From positions 1-64,000 of the IMG/VR virus record IMGVR_UViG_3300022309_000005: a stretch of 64,000 nt of DNA; one strand, 5' to 3'. The DNA comes from a virus. Taxonomy: Duplodnaviria > Caudoviricetes. The notes under the pieces were generated by a model. That model was not told where the DNA came from, did not search any database, and worked only from the letters and a program-made list of their open reading frames with translations. Each line of letters opens with the position of its first letter. Position 1 is the first letter of the stretch. Of this stretch, positions 52,204 to 62,306 are shown piece after piece. The translations under genes were made by a program, and so were the position numbers.

Positions 52204-53301
52204 CTACTGTCTCCCGAAGACGACGACATAAAAGATCTTGCTCGCAGTGGCAAAGTTGATTGCATTCACAACCGCCGGAGGGGGCGTGTATGTAATGAAA
52301 GACCCATAGACGCGAACTCCGGCAAACGGCGGGCCAACCGGAGACACAACCGCGCCGTAATTATCTATGGGATTCGGTGAGCCGAAGGAGTACTGCTGAA
52401 CGATGATTGCAACCGCGTTCTGTTCGGAAAGCGGCTCCGCAAGCGTCAATTCGACATACGCCTGGGTTCCGCCAATTGCGACCGAGGCGATGTTCATTCC
52501 GCCAAGGAGCGCCACTCCCCCCAGGCCATCGGTCTGCACGAACGCCCAAGCCTTCGCGATGCTGGCCGGAGTGATACGGTTCTTGAGGCCGACATTTGGA
52601 TTTGGGTTCGCGACGCCATCAAGATCGAGATCCCCATTCGACAGCTTGCACGCCGTCTGCCTCGTGACTGCTGTCGCCGCCGTTCCATTGGCAAGCACGG
52701 CGCCAGCGAATCCCGCCCCGCCCGTGGCCTGGACGCCCGGCTTGCCCGCGGCGCCCGTGGCTTCAATGGATGCGCCCTTCAAGTTCTGAGTCGCCTCGAT
52801 GTTGCCGGTGATGACGAGCCCGGTCGAGGAGAGCGCGGCCCTTTTTGTCCCGAGGACGGAGAGCCCAAGCACGCCCGCCGAGTCCTTGTATATCCCGGTC
52901 GTCTGCTCCGACTTGAATGCGTAGCTCGGGGTGGCGGGAAGCCCGTTCGGAGCCCAGTACCCATCAAAGGAGTCAACATTCCCTTCGTTGGTGCTGATTC
53001 CGCCTCCAGTGATCTTCAGCTTCAGCTCTCCGGCTACCGCAATGCCGAGTTCGTTCTCGGCGATACGATACATGCCGGTATCGGTATCGAGCCCGAATAC
53101 GAGGCCTGGCCCGCCCTGGGCACCATCGACGATCTTCAGCGGCCCCAACATCCCGCCCTGTCCGCTCCTGGACAGCGATTCGGTCAAGGCCGTTGCGATG
53201 TCCGAAAGCGTCTGGTTCGCCCAGGTGGGCGTGATGGTCGTCCCCTCGACAACCGGGTTGCCGGCCGGAAGCGTGTAGGTCCCGCTCGGGTTGCGCGCCA
53301 T
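52204..53301 (-). CDS. Tail fibre / receptor-binding protein, copy B
   Basis: Homologue of 15885..16973. Confidence 0.7.
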   Translation of the reverse strand: MARNPSGTYTLPAGNPVVEGTTITPTWANQTLSDIATALTESLSRSGQGGMLGPLKIVDGAQGGPGLVFGLDTDTGMYRIAENELGIAVAGELKLKITGGGISTNEGNVDSFDGYWAPNGLPATPSYAFKSEQTTGIYKDSAGVLGLSVLGTKRAALSSTGLVITGNIEATQNLKGASIEATGAAGKPGVQATGGAGFAGAVLANGTAATAVTRQTACKLSNGDLDLDGVANPNPNVGLKNRITPASIAKAWAFVQTDGLGGVALLGGMNIASVAIGGTQAYVELTLAEPLSEQNAVAIIVQQYSFGSPNPIDNYGAVVSPVGPPFAGVRVYGSFITYTPPPAVVNAINFATASKIFYVVVFGRQ

Positions 53302-53312
53302 GGTGTCGTCTC

Positions 53313-55064
53313 CTATCTCACGTTCCGGAGCGCCTCGGCAAGGCGCCGCCGCCTGCGCTTCTCCTCGGGCTCGCGCGGAGTCTCCTCCGGCTCCATCGCC
53401 AGCGCCCGCGCCATCGCCGAGCCCAGGCCCGCCCCGGTCGCCATGCGTTCGGCGACGGGCGTCATGGCCGCCAGCCTGGACGCTCCGAAGAGCGCCCGCG
53501 CGGCCGGATCTGCCACGCCAGCGGCCCAGGTCGAGGGGCCGCGGCTGCGGGCGATGTTGAGGGGTATGCGCGTCAGGAGCGGCCACCAGCTCCCGGAGGC
53601 CGCCGAGGCTGCTGTCTCCACCACCCCGGGCCCCATGCTGCGCGTCGACGCCCGCTGCACGCCTCTCTCCGCGGCCTCTTCCGCCTCGATCAGTCTCCCG
53701 AGTCGCTGCTTCACCGGAATGAAGCTCTGGGCCGCCTCGACGATCTCCGGCGTTGCGGTTGGCGCAGCGGCCGCCTCCATGATGGCGCGCTCGTTCGCCT
53801 CGCGCAGTATGGATGCGACCTCTCGGCGAGCTTCGTTCAGCGGCGTCTCTTCAATGCGACCGTATCGGGCCTGTTGCTGGAGGGAGCGCTTGAGGTCTTC
53901 GGCCTGGCTCAGCCCGAGCTTTCCGCGGCGCCCAAGCCCGGCCTGTTCCCCGAGCCGCGCCTTTTCGACGAGCTGCTCGCCGGTACCAACGTACAGCTCG
54001 GGGATGGCCTCGATGGTCGTGCGGGGGCGAATCTCAGCGGAGCGCAGAACGAGATCGCGCGCCAGGATCCGCGCGTCCGGACCCTGGACCCCGGCCCGCT
54101 CGAGCGCGTCGACAATCTCGCCGTAGGTGGTGCCCACCGCTTCGCTCTGACGGACCAGGCGACCGTAGGCCCCTTCGGTCGTGCCGAACGGGACGATGCC
54201 GCCCTCGCGGATGGCGGCAAGGGCCACCTCGTCGGGCAGCTTGGCGCGCGTGCTGAGTTGATCCGCCCCGCCCAGGAGCGCCCGGCGCCCCCACTTCGCC
54301 GCCGACTTCTCTGCCACCCGGCCGGCCGCCCGAAGCGCAGCCGGGGCCGCCTTCCCGAGCGCAGCGCCGGCCAGACCGCCGGCGGTCCCGAGCGCCGCGC
54401 CGCGGCCGACCTCGCGCAGGGCCTCCTGGCTGCCCGGGGGCTCCGCGCTCGAGCCCAGGCCGGCCAGACCGCCAGCGCCTCCGGCCGAAGCCAGGAGGCG
54501 AGCGGCGTTCGCCGCCGCCGTCCCACCCATGCCTGGCTGGGCGCCCGGGAGAAGTCCGGTGGCGAGCGAGCCCGCCAGCTCGCCGGCCATGTACTCCCGC
54601 GGGCGCTGCTTCTGAGCCTGCACCAGCTCCGTCCGCATCCGGTCCCGGAACTGCTCGTAGGCGAGCGGATCGCCCCGGACCGCCGCGAGCTGCTGGGCGA
54701 GGGCCTCTTCCTTGATGCGTCGGATCTCCGGGGTGTCGTCGGGCGAGGGGGCGAATTGTGGCCCGAGCGTCACTGGGGGAGGCTGGAGCCCGGCCCCGGT
54801 CGCCAGCCCGGCCCCCAGCTCCTCGCCGAAGCCGAGCGTCCCGCCCTGGGACAGGCCGAGGATCTGGGCGCGGTTCGGCGTGATGGCGCCCGGGTCGTAG
54901 CCCCCGGAGAGCCTCACGCCCTGCGCGTACGGATCCGGCGTCACGTCCGGCAGGCCCAGGGCCGCAGCCTCGTCCGGGGCGAGCAGACGTCCGGGCGCGG
55001 CGGCCGGCTCGGTGTCCAGACCCAGCGCCCGCGCCTCTTCGGCGGTGAGAAGTCGAGGGGGCAT
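53313..55064 (-). CDS. Large ejection protein, copy B
   Basis: Homologue of 16985..18739. Confidence 0.6.
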   Translation of the reverse strand: MPPRLLTAEEARALGLDTEPAAAPGRLLAPDEAAALGLPDVTPDPYAQGVRLSGGYDPGAITPNRAQILGLSQGGTLGFGEELGAGLATGAGLQPPPVTLGPQFAPSPDDTPEIRRIKEEALAQQLAAVRGDPLAYEQFRDRMRTELVQAQKQRPREYMAGELAGSLATGLLPGAQPGMGGTAAANAARLLASAGGAGGLAGLGSSAEPPGSQEALREVGRGAALGTAGGLAGAALGKAAPAALRAAGRVAEKSAAKWGRRALLGGADQLSTRAKLPDEVALAAIREGGIVPFGTTEGAYGRLVRQSEAVGTTYGEIVDALERAGVQGPDARILARDLVLRSAEIRPRTTIEAIPELYVGTGEQLVEKARLGEQAGLGRRGKLGLSQAEDLKRSLQQQARYGRIEETPLNEARREVASILREANERAIMEAAAAPTATPEIVEAAQSFIPVKQRLGRLIEAEEAAERGVQRASTRSMGPGVVETAASAASGSWWPLLTRIPLNIARSRGPSTWAAGVADPAARALFGASRLAAMTPVAERMATGAGLGSAMARALAMEPEETPREPEEKRRRRRLAEALRNVR

Positions 55065-56171
55065 CTACTCCTCCACCCAGCCCTTGGCCGTCTTCGTGTA
55101 CCGCTTCCCGCCGATGGTGCGCGTTTCGGCTGGCGTCGGCGGGGGGGCGGCGAGGCCGAGATCCGGCAGGACTTCGGCCGGATCCAGGCCGGCGCGCTGG
55201 ACGTATCCGCCGAACTCCCGAGACAGCTTCAGGGCCGGCGCGGCCTGCGCCGTGTAGAGACCCTGCCCGAGCCTCACGAAGGACGAGCGCTGATCCGGGG
55301 TCAAGAATTGGCCATCGAGCGCCTTGTTGTAGAGGTTCTTGATCTGCTCCGGGATGCCGGCTGCGTTGCGGGCCGTCGCGTACTCGCCTTCACGGACTGC
55401 TGAGCCCGGGTCGAGCATCTTCATGTAGCTGAAGATCATCGCCATGTCGCCGGCCGCGTTGGACGAGGCGGCGCCGCGCTGGAGCTTGTCGAGCGCAACG
55501 CGCAGGGAGATCGCTTCCTTCACGGGCTGGAGGCCCATGAACTCCTTGCGGATGTCCTGGCCCAGCTTCGTCAGGTCCTCGCCCTTCTTCGTGGCCGCCA
55601 GCTTCTCGGCCGACGCGAGCTTGCGCGCCGCCTGCCCCGACTCGAACTCCTGCCCACCGAGCCGCTCGCCGCGGGCGAACTCCTGCTGCTGGAGCCGCTG
55701 CGCGTACGGCCCGAGGACTGGATCTCCGGACACGGCGGCGGTCTGGATCATCCGCTGGCGCCCGAGAAGCGCATCGGCGAGGGCCTGTTGCCGCTCTTCC
55801 GGCGTCGCCTCCGGGAGGATGCCCGAGACGTCCGGAGCGGTGAGGCCCTGGAGCGCCGCGGCCCGACCGCGGGCCTGGGCGCGCTGGTTCTCAGCGATGG
55901 CCTCGCGGGCGCGCCCCTCGCCGAGGAGCGAGGCCCCGGTCTGGAGCACGTCGCCGATCCCGCCCAGGGCCGCGCCCCATCCCGTCGTGTGCTGGCGCCC
56001 GAGCCCCTGCCGAAGGGCCGCGGCCTGGGCGAGCTGCTGGCGCAGAAGCTCGTCTCGACCCGCCAGCTCGCCGAGGTCGAGGACCTCCTCGTAGGGCGTG
56101 GTCCCTGGCACGGTTGGCGCCCCGCCGTAGGCCGGACCGCTCATCATCGCTCGGAGTCGCTGCGGTGCCAT
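55065..56171 (-). CDS. Ejection protein, copy B
   Basis: Homologue of 18740..19846. Confidence 0.6.
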   Translation of the reverse strand: MAPQRLRAMMSGPAYGGAPTVPGTTPYEEVLDLGELAGRDELLRQQLAQAAALRQGLGRQHTTGWGAALGGIGDVLQTGASLLGEGRAREAIAENQRAQARGRAAALQGLTAPDVSGILPEATPEERQQALADALLGRQRMIQTAAVSGDPVLGPYAQRLQQQEFARGERLGGQEFESGQAARKLASAEKLAATKKGEDLTKLGQDIRKEFMGLQPVKEAISLRVALDKLQRGAASSNAAGDMAMIFSYMKMLDPGSAVREGEYATARNAAGIPEQIKNLYNKALDGQFLTPDQRSSFVRLGQGLYTAQAAPALKLSREFGGYVQRAGLDPAEVLPDLGLAAPPPTPAETRTIGGKRYTKTAKGWVEE

Positions 56172-56172
56172 G

Positions 56173-56952
56173 TCAGAGCCCCAGGAGGAACGGCAAGAAC
56201 TGGAGGAGCGCGCCGCCCGCCTGGGCGCCGCCGCCGATGGTGTCGGCGAGCATCTGCTGCTGCGCCTGCCACCTGGCGATGTCCGCATTGGACTGGGCGA
56301 TCCCCGCCGGGAGGAGCTGGGCGCCCTGGGTCTGCTGGACGCCTGGCATCGCCAAGAAGCCTTGGAGCTGGGACAGTTCCTCAAGCGGCTGCGCGCGCCC
56401 GCGTAGGGCCTCGGCAAGGGCCTGCTGGCGCGCCGAGAGGTTCTGGCCGAACATCGCCTGTCCGGCGGCGGCCCCCTGTCCAATGGCGGCGTTCAGCGCG
56501 CTCTGGTAGGCGTCCGTGCGCTGCGTCCCGAGCTCGCCCATGGCGCCGCGGTACGCCTCCGAGGTCGGGTCGAGCCCCTGCCCGAGGAGCTGCGTCCGGA
56601 GCGCCTCCTCGCGCCGCGCCCACATCGGGTCCAATCGGGAGGCCGCCTGCCCGTAGGCCGCCTCGATGGCCTGCTGTCGGGCCTGCTCGCCCGTGCCGAG
56701 CCCGGGGAGGCCACTCAGGTCGAGCGGCTGGCCAAGGGCCGCAGCCGCTTGGCCCCCCACCTGTTGGGCCGCGCCGGCGAGCGGGCCCCCGAAGCCGGTC
56801 TGCATCCCCCACTGCCCCGTCGCCGGATCCTGCGTCCAGGTCTGCGTTCCGAATGGCGTCGTGATGTCCGGCCGGTTCGCCGCCGTGGTCTGCTGGGCCT
56901 GCTCGCGAGCCAAGCCCATGAAATCCGGGGGTCTAGGTGCCTGTTGACCCAT
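56173..56952 (-). CDS. Small ejection protein, copy B
   Basis: Homologue of 19848..20624. Confidence 0.6.
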   Translation of the reverse strand: MGQQAPRPPDFMGLAREQAQQTTAANRPDITTPFGTQTWTQDPATGQWGMQTGFGGPLAGAAQQVGGQAAAALGQPLDLSGLPGLGTGEQARQQAIEAAYGQAASRLDPMWARREEALRTQLLGQGLDPTSEAYRGAMGELGTQRTDAYQSALNAAIGQGAAAGQAMFGQNLSARQQALAEALRGRAQPLEELSQLQGFLAMPGVQQTQGAQLLPAGIAQSNADIARWQAQQQMLADTIGGGAQAGGALLQFLPFLLGL

Positions 56953-56953
56953 A

Positions 56954-57370
56954 TCAAGCCGCCTTTCTACGCTCGATCTCGGCGCCCACTGGGAGCCGCA
57001 GCTCGAGGATGAGCAAGTCGTCGCCAGCCGCCCAGCCGTCCGTAATCCTGCATTTTTCCACGAATCCCATGCGCTTGGCCAGCGCCACGGACCGCGCCCG
57101 GTGAGCCGGGACAAGCCCCAGGGCGAGCGAGCGGCCGACCTGGGCGAGGTACTCAAAGAAGGCCGCCCGGAGGGTCCGCGCCGCGATGGGGGCGTCGAGC
57201 GCGACGTGGCACTGACACCCCGACTCCGTCCAGGCGTCGAAGGCGACCATGCCGCGGATCTCCCCGGCGGAGTCCACGGCGGCGATGGCGCGGGCGCCGG
57301 CGGTGGGCGCGTAGCCCGTCCGGCTGGCGATCCAGGCCAGCTCCTCGGCGGTGGCCGCTCGCGCCATCAC
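56954..57370 (-). CDS. GNAT-fold protein, copy B
   Basis: Homologue of 20626..21042. Confidence 0.6.
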   Translation of the reverse strand: MMARAATAEELAWIASRTGYAPTAGARAIAAVDSAGEIRGMVAFDAWTESGCQCHVALDAPIAARTLRAAFFEYLAQVGRSLALGLVPAHRARSVALAKRMGFVEKCRITDGWAAGDDLLILELRLPVGAEIERRKAA

Positions 57371-58935
57371 AGCGGCCCCCCGGTCGTGAAGGTGACGTCC
57401 ACGCCCACCAGCGTACTCCGGGCGATGGCGTTCCAGCGCACGGCGACCGCGGCCTCGCGCCCCATGCCGGACGCGCCGCGGATCGGGGCCGTGGTGAGGT
57501 AGTCCGGCCCCCACTTGGACACACCCCAGACAGCGGAGCCCCACGCGCTCGGACCGCCGCCGCCAACGCCGCTCGGGCCGGCGGGCTCGTCCGTGGCGTA
57601 CCCGTACCGCGCCACCGTCGTCGAGGCGATGTTGGCCGCCCCGCCGACGAAGATCGGGCGGATCGTCTGGATCTGCTTCCACCGCTGATCGCCGAGCGTC
57701 TGGTAAGCCGTCAGGACCGACGCCTCGACGGGCGCGCCGTCGTCGAGCCAGTTGATGGTCCGGCACACCCGCCCGTCCGCCGTGCCGAAGAAGAGCAGGC
57801 CATCCCAGGTCGCCGCCGAGAAGACGGGGAGGCCCCTCCAGCGCGTGGCCGCCCCGGTGACCGTCGAAATGGCGATCTGTTCGGTGGGCGAGCCGCCCAC
57901 GGTCGGAATGGCGACGAGGATCGCGCGGTCCAGTGGGTGCAGGTAGAGCGCCCAGCCCCGGAGGGTCCCGCGCTGCGCCGCGAGCGCGGAGAAAATGGGG
58001 TCTACCCAGCGCGTGACGTAGATCTTCCGGTCCTGCGGATCCGAGCCGAGCACGAGCCGGGAGAGCGGGAGCACGCCGATCAGCGTCAAGAGGAGCAGCT
58101 CTCCGCCGCTGTCCATGGCGATGTTCCGGCCGCGCGGCACGCCTCCGGTGTACCAGCTCCCCTTGACTTCCCAAGTCGAAGCGCTCGCCGGATCCGTGCC
58201 CCGGTACACAACCACGTCCCCGCCGCTTCCGACGATGACGAGCAGATCGTCCGGGCCCGCACCGCCGTCGTAGCTCCAACTCCACACCCCTACGACAGTT
58301 CCACCGTGCGGCAGGAGCGCGCCCACGGCGAACTTGACCGCCGTGCCATAGATGGCTCCGGCCGGCAGATACCAGAGATTTGCGGTGTCACGTTCGGCGA
58401 ACCAGACGCGACCCTTGTGCGTCGTCACGAAGACGAGCTTGGACGGGTCCACGCCGTTGATCTCGGTTGGTCCGGCACCGCCGACAACCTTGGACCACGA
58501 AGCCGAGGATTCCGAATACAAATAATATCCGTTCTCCTCGTCGCAGTACGCGAGAAAGTGTCCGGCCGCAGTCACGCAACCGCGAGACACGCCATAACCC
58601 GAGTCCCCGGATACCGTCGGGAACACCGCAATTTGCGACGGAGGGCCGCCGTAGGCCGTGACGTTCCAAATGCCCGTGGCCGTGGTTGCGAACAGGCGAT
58701 CTCCGCTGGATGCCGCTGCGGCCCCCGCGAACGCCATCATGCTGCGCACTTCGCCGGTCGCGCCGCCCGTCAAGCCGCTCAGCCACTCGTCGAAGCCGCT
58801 CCGCGCCCGCAGCCCAAGCTCGTCCGGGATGGCGTTCCAGGCGTAGACGCAGCGATCCGCGCGCATCGCCCCGGCCGGGGAGATGGCGTCGATCCCCATG
58901 CTCGGCGCTGGCATGTTGGCGCTCGAGACTGGCAT
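57367..58935 (-). CDS. Tail nozzle protein, copy B
   Basis: Homologue of 21039..22607. Confidence 0.7.
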   Translation of the reverse strand: MPVSSANMPAPSMGIDAISPAGAMRADRCVYAWNAIPDELGLRARSGFDEWLSGLTGGATGEVRSMMAFAGAAAASSGDRLFATTATGIWNVTAYGGPPSQIAVFPTVSGDSGYGVSRGCVTAAGHFLAYCDEENGYYLYSESSASWSKVVGGAGPTEINGVDPSKLVFVTTHKGRVWFAERDTANLWYLPAGAIYGTAVKFAVGALLPHGGTVVGVWSWSYDGGAGPDDLLVIVGSGGDVVVYRGTDPASASTWEVKGSWYTGGVPRGRNIAMDSGGELLLLTLIGVLPLSRLVLGSDPQDRKIYVTRWVDPIFSALAAQRGTLRGWALYLHPLDRAILVAIPTVGGSPTEQIAISTVTGAATRWRGLPVFSAATWDGLLFFGTADGRVCRTINWLDDGAPVEASVLTAYQTLGDQRWKQIQTIRPIFVGGAANIASTTVARYGYATDEPAGPSGVGGGGPSAWGSAVWGVSKWGPDYLTTAPIRGASGMGREAAVAVRWNAIARSTLVGVDVTFTTGGPL

Positions 58936-58938
58936 GGC

Positions 58939-59661
58939 CTACCCGTATCCCGTCACTGGGAGGTTCTGCCAGTCGAGCATGCGGAGCCCGGGGCCTGGAC
59001 GATCCAGCGTCAGGGCCGGGTGAGCCGGGATCGACGTGGCGATGGCGATCCGCTTCAGGCGCTCGAACTCGGCGCGCGCCGCCTCTGCTCCGGGGAGCTG
59101 TCGGCGCTCCCGGAACATGGCGATCAGCATCGGAACCAGCAGGGTCGCGTCGTAGAGCAACACGTCGGTGTTGAGCGTCGGCGCGTCCTTGGCCGGCGTG
59201 GTTGTCGCCGCCAGGGCCACCCAGTTCCGCGAGAGGTACTCGTAGGCGATGGTCTCCCCGGCCGCCGGGGGCTGCGGCCAGAGCTCCACCTTGCCAGCCA
59301 GCGGCCTGAAGGTGGCGGTGTAGGCCGTGGCTCCCGAGGTGGCCTTGAGGTACTGCCAGACCTCCCCGTTGACGGGCTGCATCTGCACCTCGACGGAGCG
59401 ATTCCAGGCCGTCTGGGGCAGCATCCGCGAGAAGTCCGCCGGGAGGTTGTAGGACGTGTCCGTGGTGGTGGCGAAGCTGGCCTCGACCCGGAGCTGCACC
59501 CACTCGGCATCGAGCGCCAGCGCGCGCCCCCCACTCTTCAGGAGGGCGCGCATCTGGACGATGGCCGGATCCGTTGAGCCGAAAACGTCGGACACCGCCT
59601 CGAGTCCACACTCGACGGCGGCATCCGAGACGACTTCAGCGACGGATCCGAAGAGCGCCAT
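58939..59661 (-). CDS. Head-tail adaptor, copy B
   Basis: Homologue of 22611..23333. Confidence 0.65.
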   Translation of the reverse strand: MALFGSVAEVVSDAAVECGLEAVSDVFGSTDPAIVQMRALLKSGGRALALDAEWVQLRVEASFATTTDTSYNLPADFSRMLPQTAWNRSVEVQMQPVNGEVWQYLKATSGATAYTATFRPLAGKVELWPQPPAAGETIAYEYLSRNWVALAATTTPAKDAPTLNTDVLLYDATLLVPMLIAMFRERRQLPGAEAARAEFERLKRIAIATSIPAHPALTLDRPGPGLRMLDWQNLPVTGYG

Positions 59662-59669
59662 CGTCGGAC

Positions 59670-60464
59670 CTACTGGTTATCGATGATCTGGTTGACCTTC
59701 GCCGCCAGCTCGGCGACGGCATCCGTCAGGGTCCTGACCGAATCGCGGTTGTCGTTGACCTTCGCCGCGAGCTGCGCGATGGCGGCCGTGGTGGGGGCGA
59801 TGTCGGCGCTCCCGGCGTTGGCGAGCTGAGTCACGACGGCGATCGTGTCGTCCCCGGGATCCACGCCGCCGGACTGATCGACGATGAGATCGACGGTGGC
59901 GACGGGGTCGATGGCTCCGTTGGGCGGGGTGGGCGCGCCGCTGTTGTCCACGATGGGCTGGACGGCATAGGCGGACGGGTAGTGGGGATACTGGATCTCG
60001 AACTCGGCGAGGCCGTTGTCGAAGTCGCGGTTGGATGCCCCGCGAGCCCCGGAGACCTTGTCTCCGGACACCACGGCATCATCGATGACGCCGGGCGTGA
60101 CGGTGGCGTACACCGGGCCGTTGTCGGAGTAGTCCGCGGCGCAAAGGCCGAGCGCCTTGCCGGTGATCTGGTACCAGCCGAACTCGCCGGCCCCGCAGGC
60201 CGACATCGCCACGGCCACCGGGCCGCCGTAGGCGCCGCCGCCCTCGACGAGGTTGGTGGAGTGGTCGTCCTCGAAATAGCACGCCCAGGAGCCGACCGTG
60301 GTCCCGGCGACGCCCTTCAGGTAGATGAACTCGGCCGAACCATAGGCATCATCCCGGAAGGTGGCCCGCGTGCCCAGCGGGTGATTCTGTGTCGTCGAGG
60401 CCTGCTGGCAGGGCTGCAAGCCGAGCTGCCCGCCGTACTGCTTCCAGGTTCCAATCGTCGCCAT
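59670..60464 (-). CDS. Capsid decoration / head fibre, copy B
   Basis: Homologue of 23343..24131 with a diverged C-terminal half. Confidence 0.5.
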   Translation of the reverse strand: MATIGTWKQYGGQLGLQPCQQASTTQNHPLGTRATFRDDAYGSAEFIYLKGVAGTTVGSWACYFEDDHSTNLVEGGGAYGGPVAVAMSACGAGEFGWYQITGKALGLCAADYSDNGPVYATVTPGVIDDAVVSGDKVSGARGASNRDFDNGLAEFEIQYPHYPSAYAVQPIVDNSGAPTPPNGAIDPVATVDLIVDQSGGVDPGDDTIAVVTQLANAGSADIAPTTAAIAQLAAKVNDNRDSVRTLTDAVAELAAKVNQIIDNQ

Positions 60465-60482
60465 CGCGTGCGTTCTCCTTGA

Positions 60483-61133
60483 CTACTTCGTGGTCTTGCT
60501 GTCCTTCGGCTTCTCGGCGGCCGCCTTCTCGAGCGCCTCGATGCGCGCCATGAGCTTCTCGTTGTTCTCGCGCAACTCGGCGAGCGGGGCGTCGCTGCTC
60601 ATCGCCGCGAGGTAGTTCTGTGCCTTCTGGCGCTCGGTGACGATCCCGCGCCCCATCTGCTGGAGCGCCGAGTCCGGCACCGCCGCGAGCTGCTCGACCG
60701 TGGCGACGCCGAAGTGATCCAACTCCTTCACGCGCTCGGGCGGGAGGGCGCCCCACTTCTCCAGCGGCATCCCGGAGACCTGCTGCGCGCCGTTCCGGAA
60801 AGCCTCGTACTGCACAGGATACAGGTACGGGTCGAGGTTCGGCCGGACGGGGCGCTGGACGATGGAGTCCTTGTCGCCCGGCGTGAGGATCTCGATGTAC
60901 TCCTCGGGCTTGTAGATCGGCCGTCCGGCCGACTCCACCCACCGCTTCTTCATCTCCCCGGTCTTGGGATCCAACTCCTCGACGTGCCCGCCGTACGTGG
61001 CCACCTCGTCGAGCTTCGAGACGTGGAAGAAGCGGATGAACTTCGGATCCGCCGGCTTGATGTCTCCCCGGCGGACCACTTCGAGCTCGTTGATGGCCGC
61101 GAGCGGCGGCGGTCCCAGCTTGAACGGCTGCAT
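60483..61133 (-). CDS. Conserved head-region protein, copy B
   Basis: Homologue of 24153..24803. Confidence 0.65.
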   Translation of the reverse strand: MQPFKLGPPPLAAINELEVVRRGDIKPADPKFIRFFHVSKLDEVATYGGHVEELDPKTGEMKKRWVESAGRPIYKPEEYIEILTPGDKDSIVQRPVRPNLDPYLYPVQYEAFRNGAQQVSGMPLEKWGALPPERVKELDHFGVATVEQLAAVPDSALQQMGRGIVTERQKAQNYLAAMSSDAPLAELRENNEKLMARIEALEKAAAEKPKDSKTTK

Positions 61134-61210
61134 GCATCACCTCGCGGGTGTTCGGGTGAAGCGGGCAGGCCCGGCCACCCGTAACCAGGCCCGCCCGCCC
61201 GGTGCAACAA

Positions 61211-62185
61211 CTAGTCGCCCTTGAGCCGGCCGCAGTACTGCATCCCGGAGCCGCACAGGTTGCCGGCGAAGCCGAGGAACTGGCTCGTCGCGTCCTGGTT
61301 GTAGGCCGAGCGCTCCTTCTGGCCGAGCGGGACCATGTTCGTTCCGGAGTGCGGGCGCCACCGGATCTTCATCGTGTTCAGGAAGTACATGTCGGTGCTC
61401 GTCGCAAAACCCCCGACGCCGCCATCGAGCACCACGTCCGCGCCCATGTACTTGAGGGCCGGGAAGCCCAGCTCGCCCACGGCCGCCGAGGTGAACTGCT
61501 GGAGCACCTGGAGGCTCGCCAAAAACGTCGCCCAGATGGTGGAGCCGGCGAGGATGAGGTCGGGCCTGTCGGTGCCGCGCACGCACTTGGCCCAGAGCGC
61601 GTTCATGCTCGCCTGGATGGTGCTCGGGGTGGGCGTCACCGCCGGATCCACGAACTGGCTCCGCCACCACTCGTTGCCGGCCGTGGCGCGGTTGATGCCG
61701 CCATAGGTGCCCACCGTGGGGTCCTGGGGGACGGCGATATCGAGGCCGGTGATGGCCTTGCCGCCGGAGCCCGTCCCATCGCTGTAGATGCCCTGGGCGA
61801 TCTGGTTCGCCATCGTGGCCTGGGCGTTGCGCACCTTGCCGGCGAGCAGATCGACGATCTGCGCCTTCCCGCCGTTCTGGATGCCCTCGAGGCCGGACAT
61901 CACGACGCCCACCGCGTACTGTTTGATGGCGTACTCGGCCGCGGTGAGGACCTCGGCGTTGGCGGTGGGGAGGACGTCGTAGCCCGAGAAGTAGCCGCCG
62001 TTCGCGTTCTCGGTGTAGTCGAGGGGCTCGACGATCTTGTAGCCGCCGTCGAAGGTGCGCACCCGGCCGCGCTTGTTGAGCTGGGCCAGGACGGCGTTGT
62101 TCTTCGTGACGTTGTCGGCGGTCTCTTTCGAGTGCGCCGCGAGGGAGGTTGCGAGGATCTGCCCGTAGTTCGGATTGCCTGCCAT
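61211..62185 (-). CDS. Major capsid protein, copy B
   Basis: 14 substitutions versus copy A over 324 aa (manual count). Confidence 0.85.
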   Translation of the reverse strand: MAGNPNYGQILATSLAAHSKETADNVTKNNAVLAQLNKRGRVRTFDGGYKIVEPLDYTENANGGYFSGYDVLPTANAEVLTAAEYAIKQYAVGVVMSGLEGIQNGGKAQIVDLLAGKVRNAQATMANQIAQGIYSDGTGSGGKAITGLDIAVPQDPTVGTYGGINRATAGNEWWRSQFVDPAVTPTPSTIQASMNALWAKCVRGTDRPDLILAGSTIWATFLASLQVLQQFTSAAVGELGFPALKYMGADVVLDGGVGGFATSTDMYFLNTMKIRWRPHSGTNMVPLGQKERSAYNQDATSQFLGFAGNLCGSGMQYCGRLKGD

Positions 62186-62306
62186 GTGACTCACCACGAG
62201 AAAGCTCTGCGCAGCTCTTCGCGCGTGGGTGGCCAGTCGCCACTCGCCGCGCCCCGCTGCGTCTGGGGCTTCCCGGGTGAGTCTCTGACTCCCGGCGCTT
62301 CGTCTT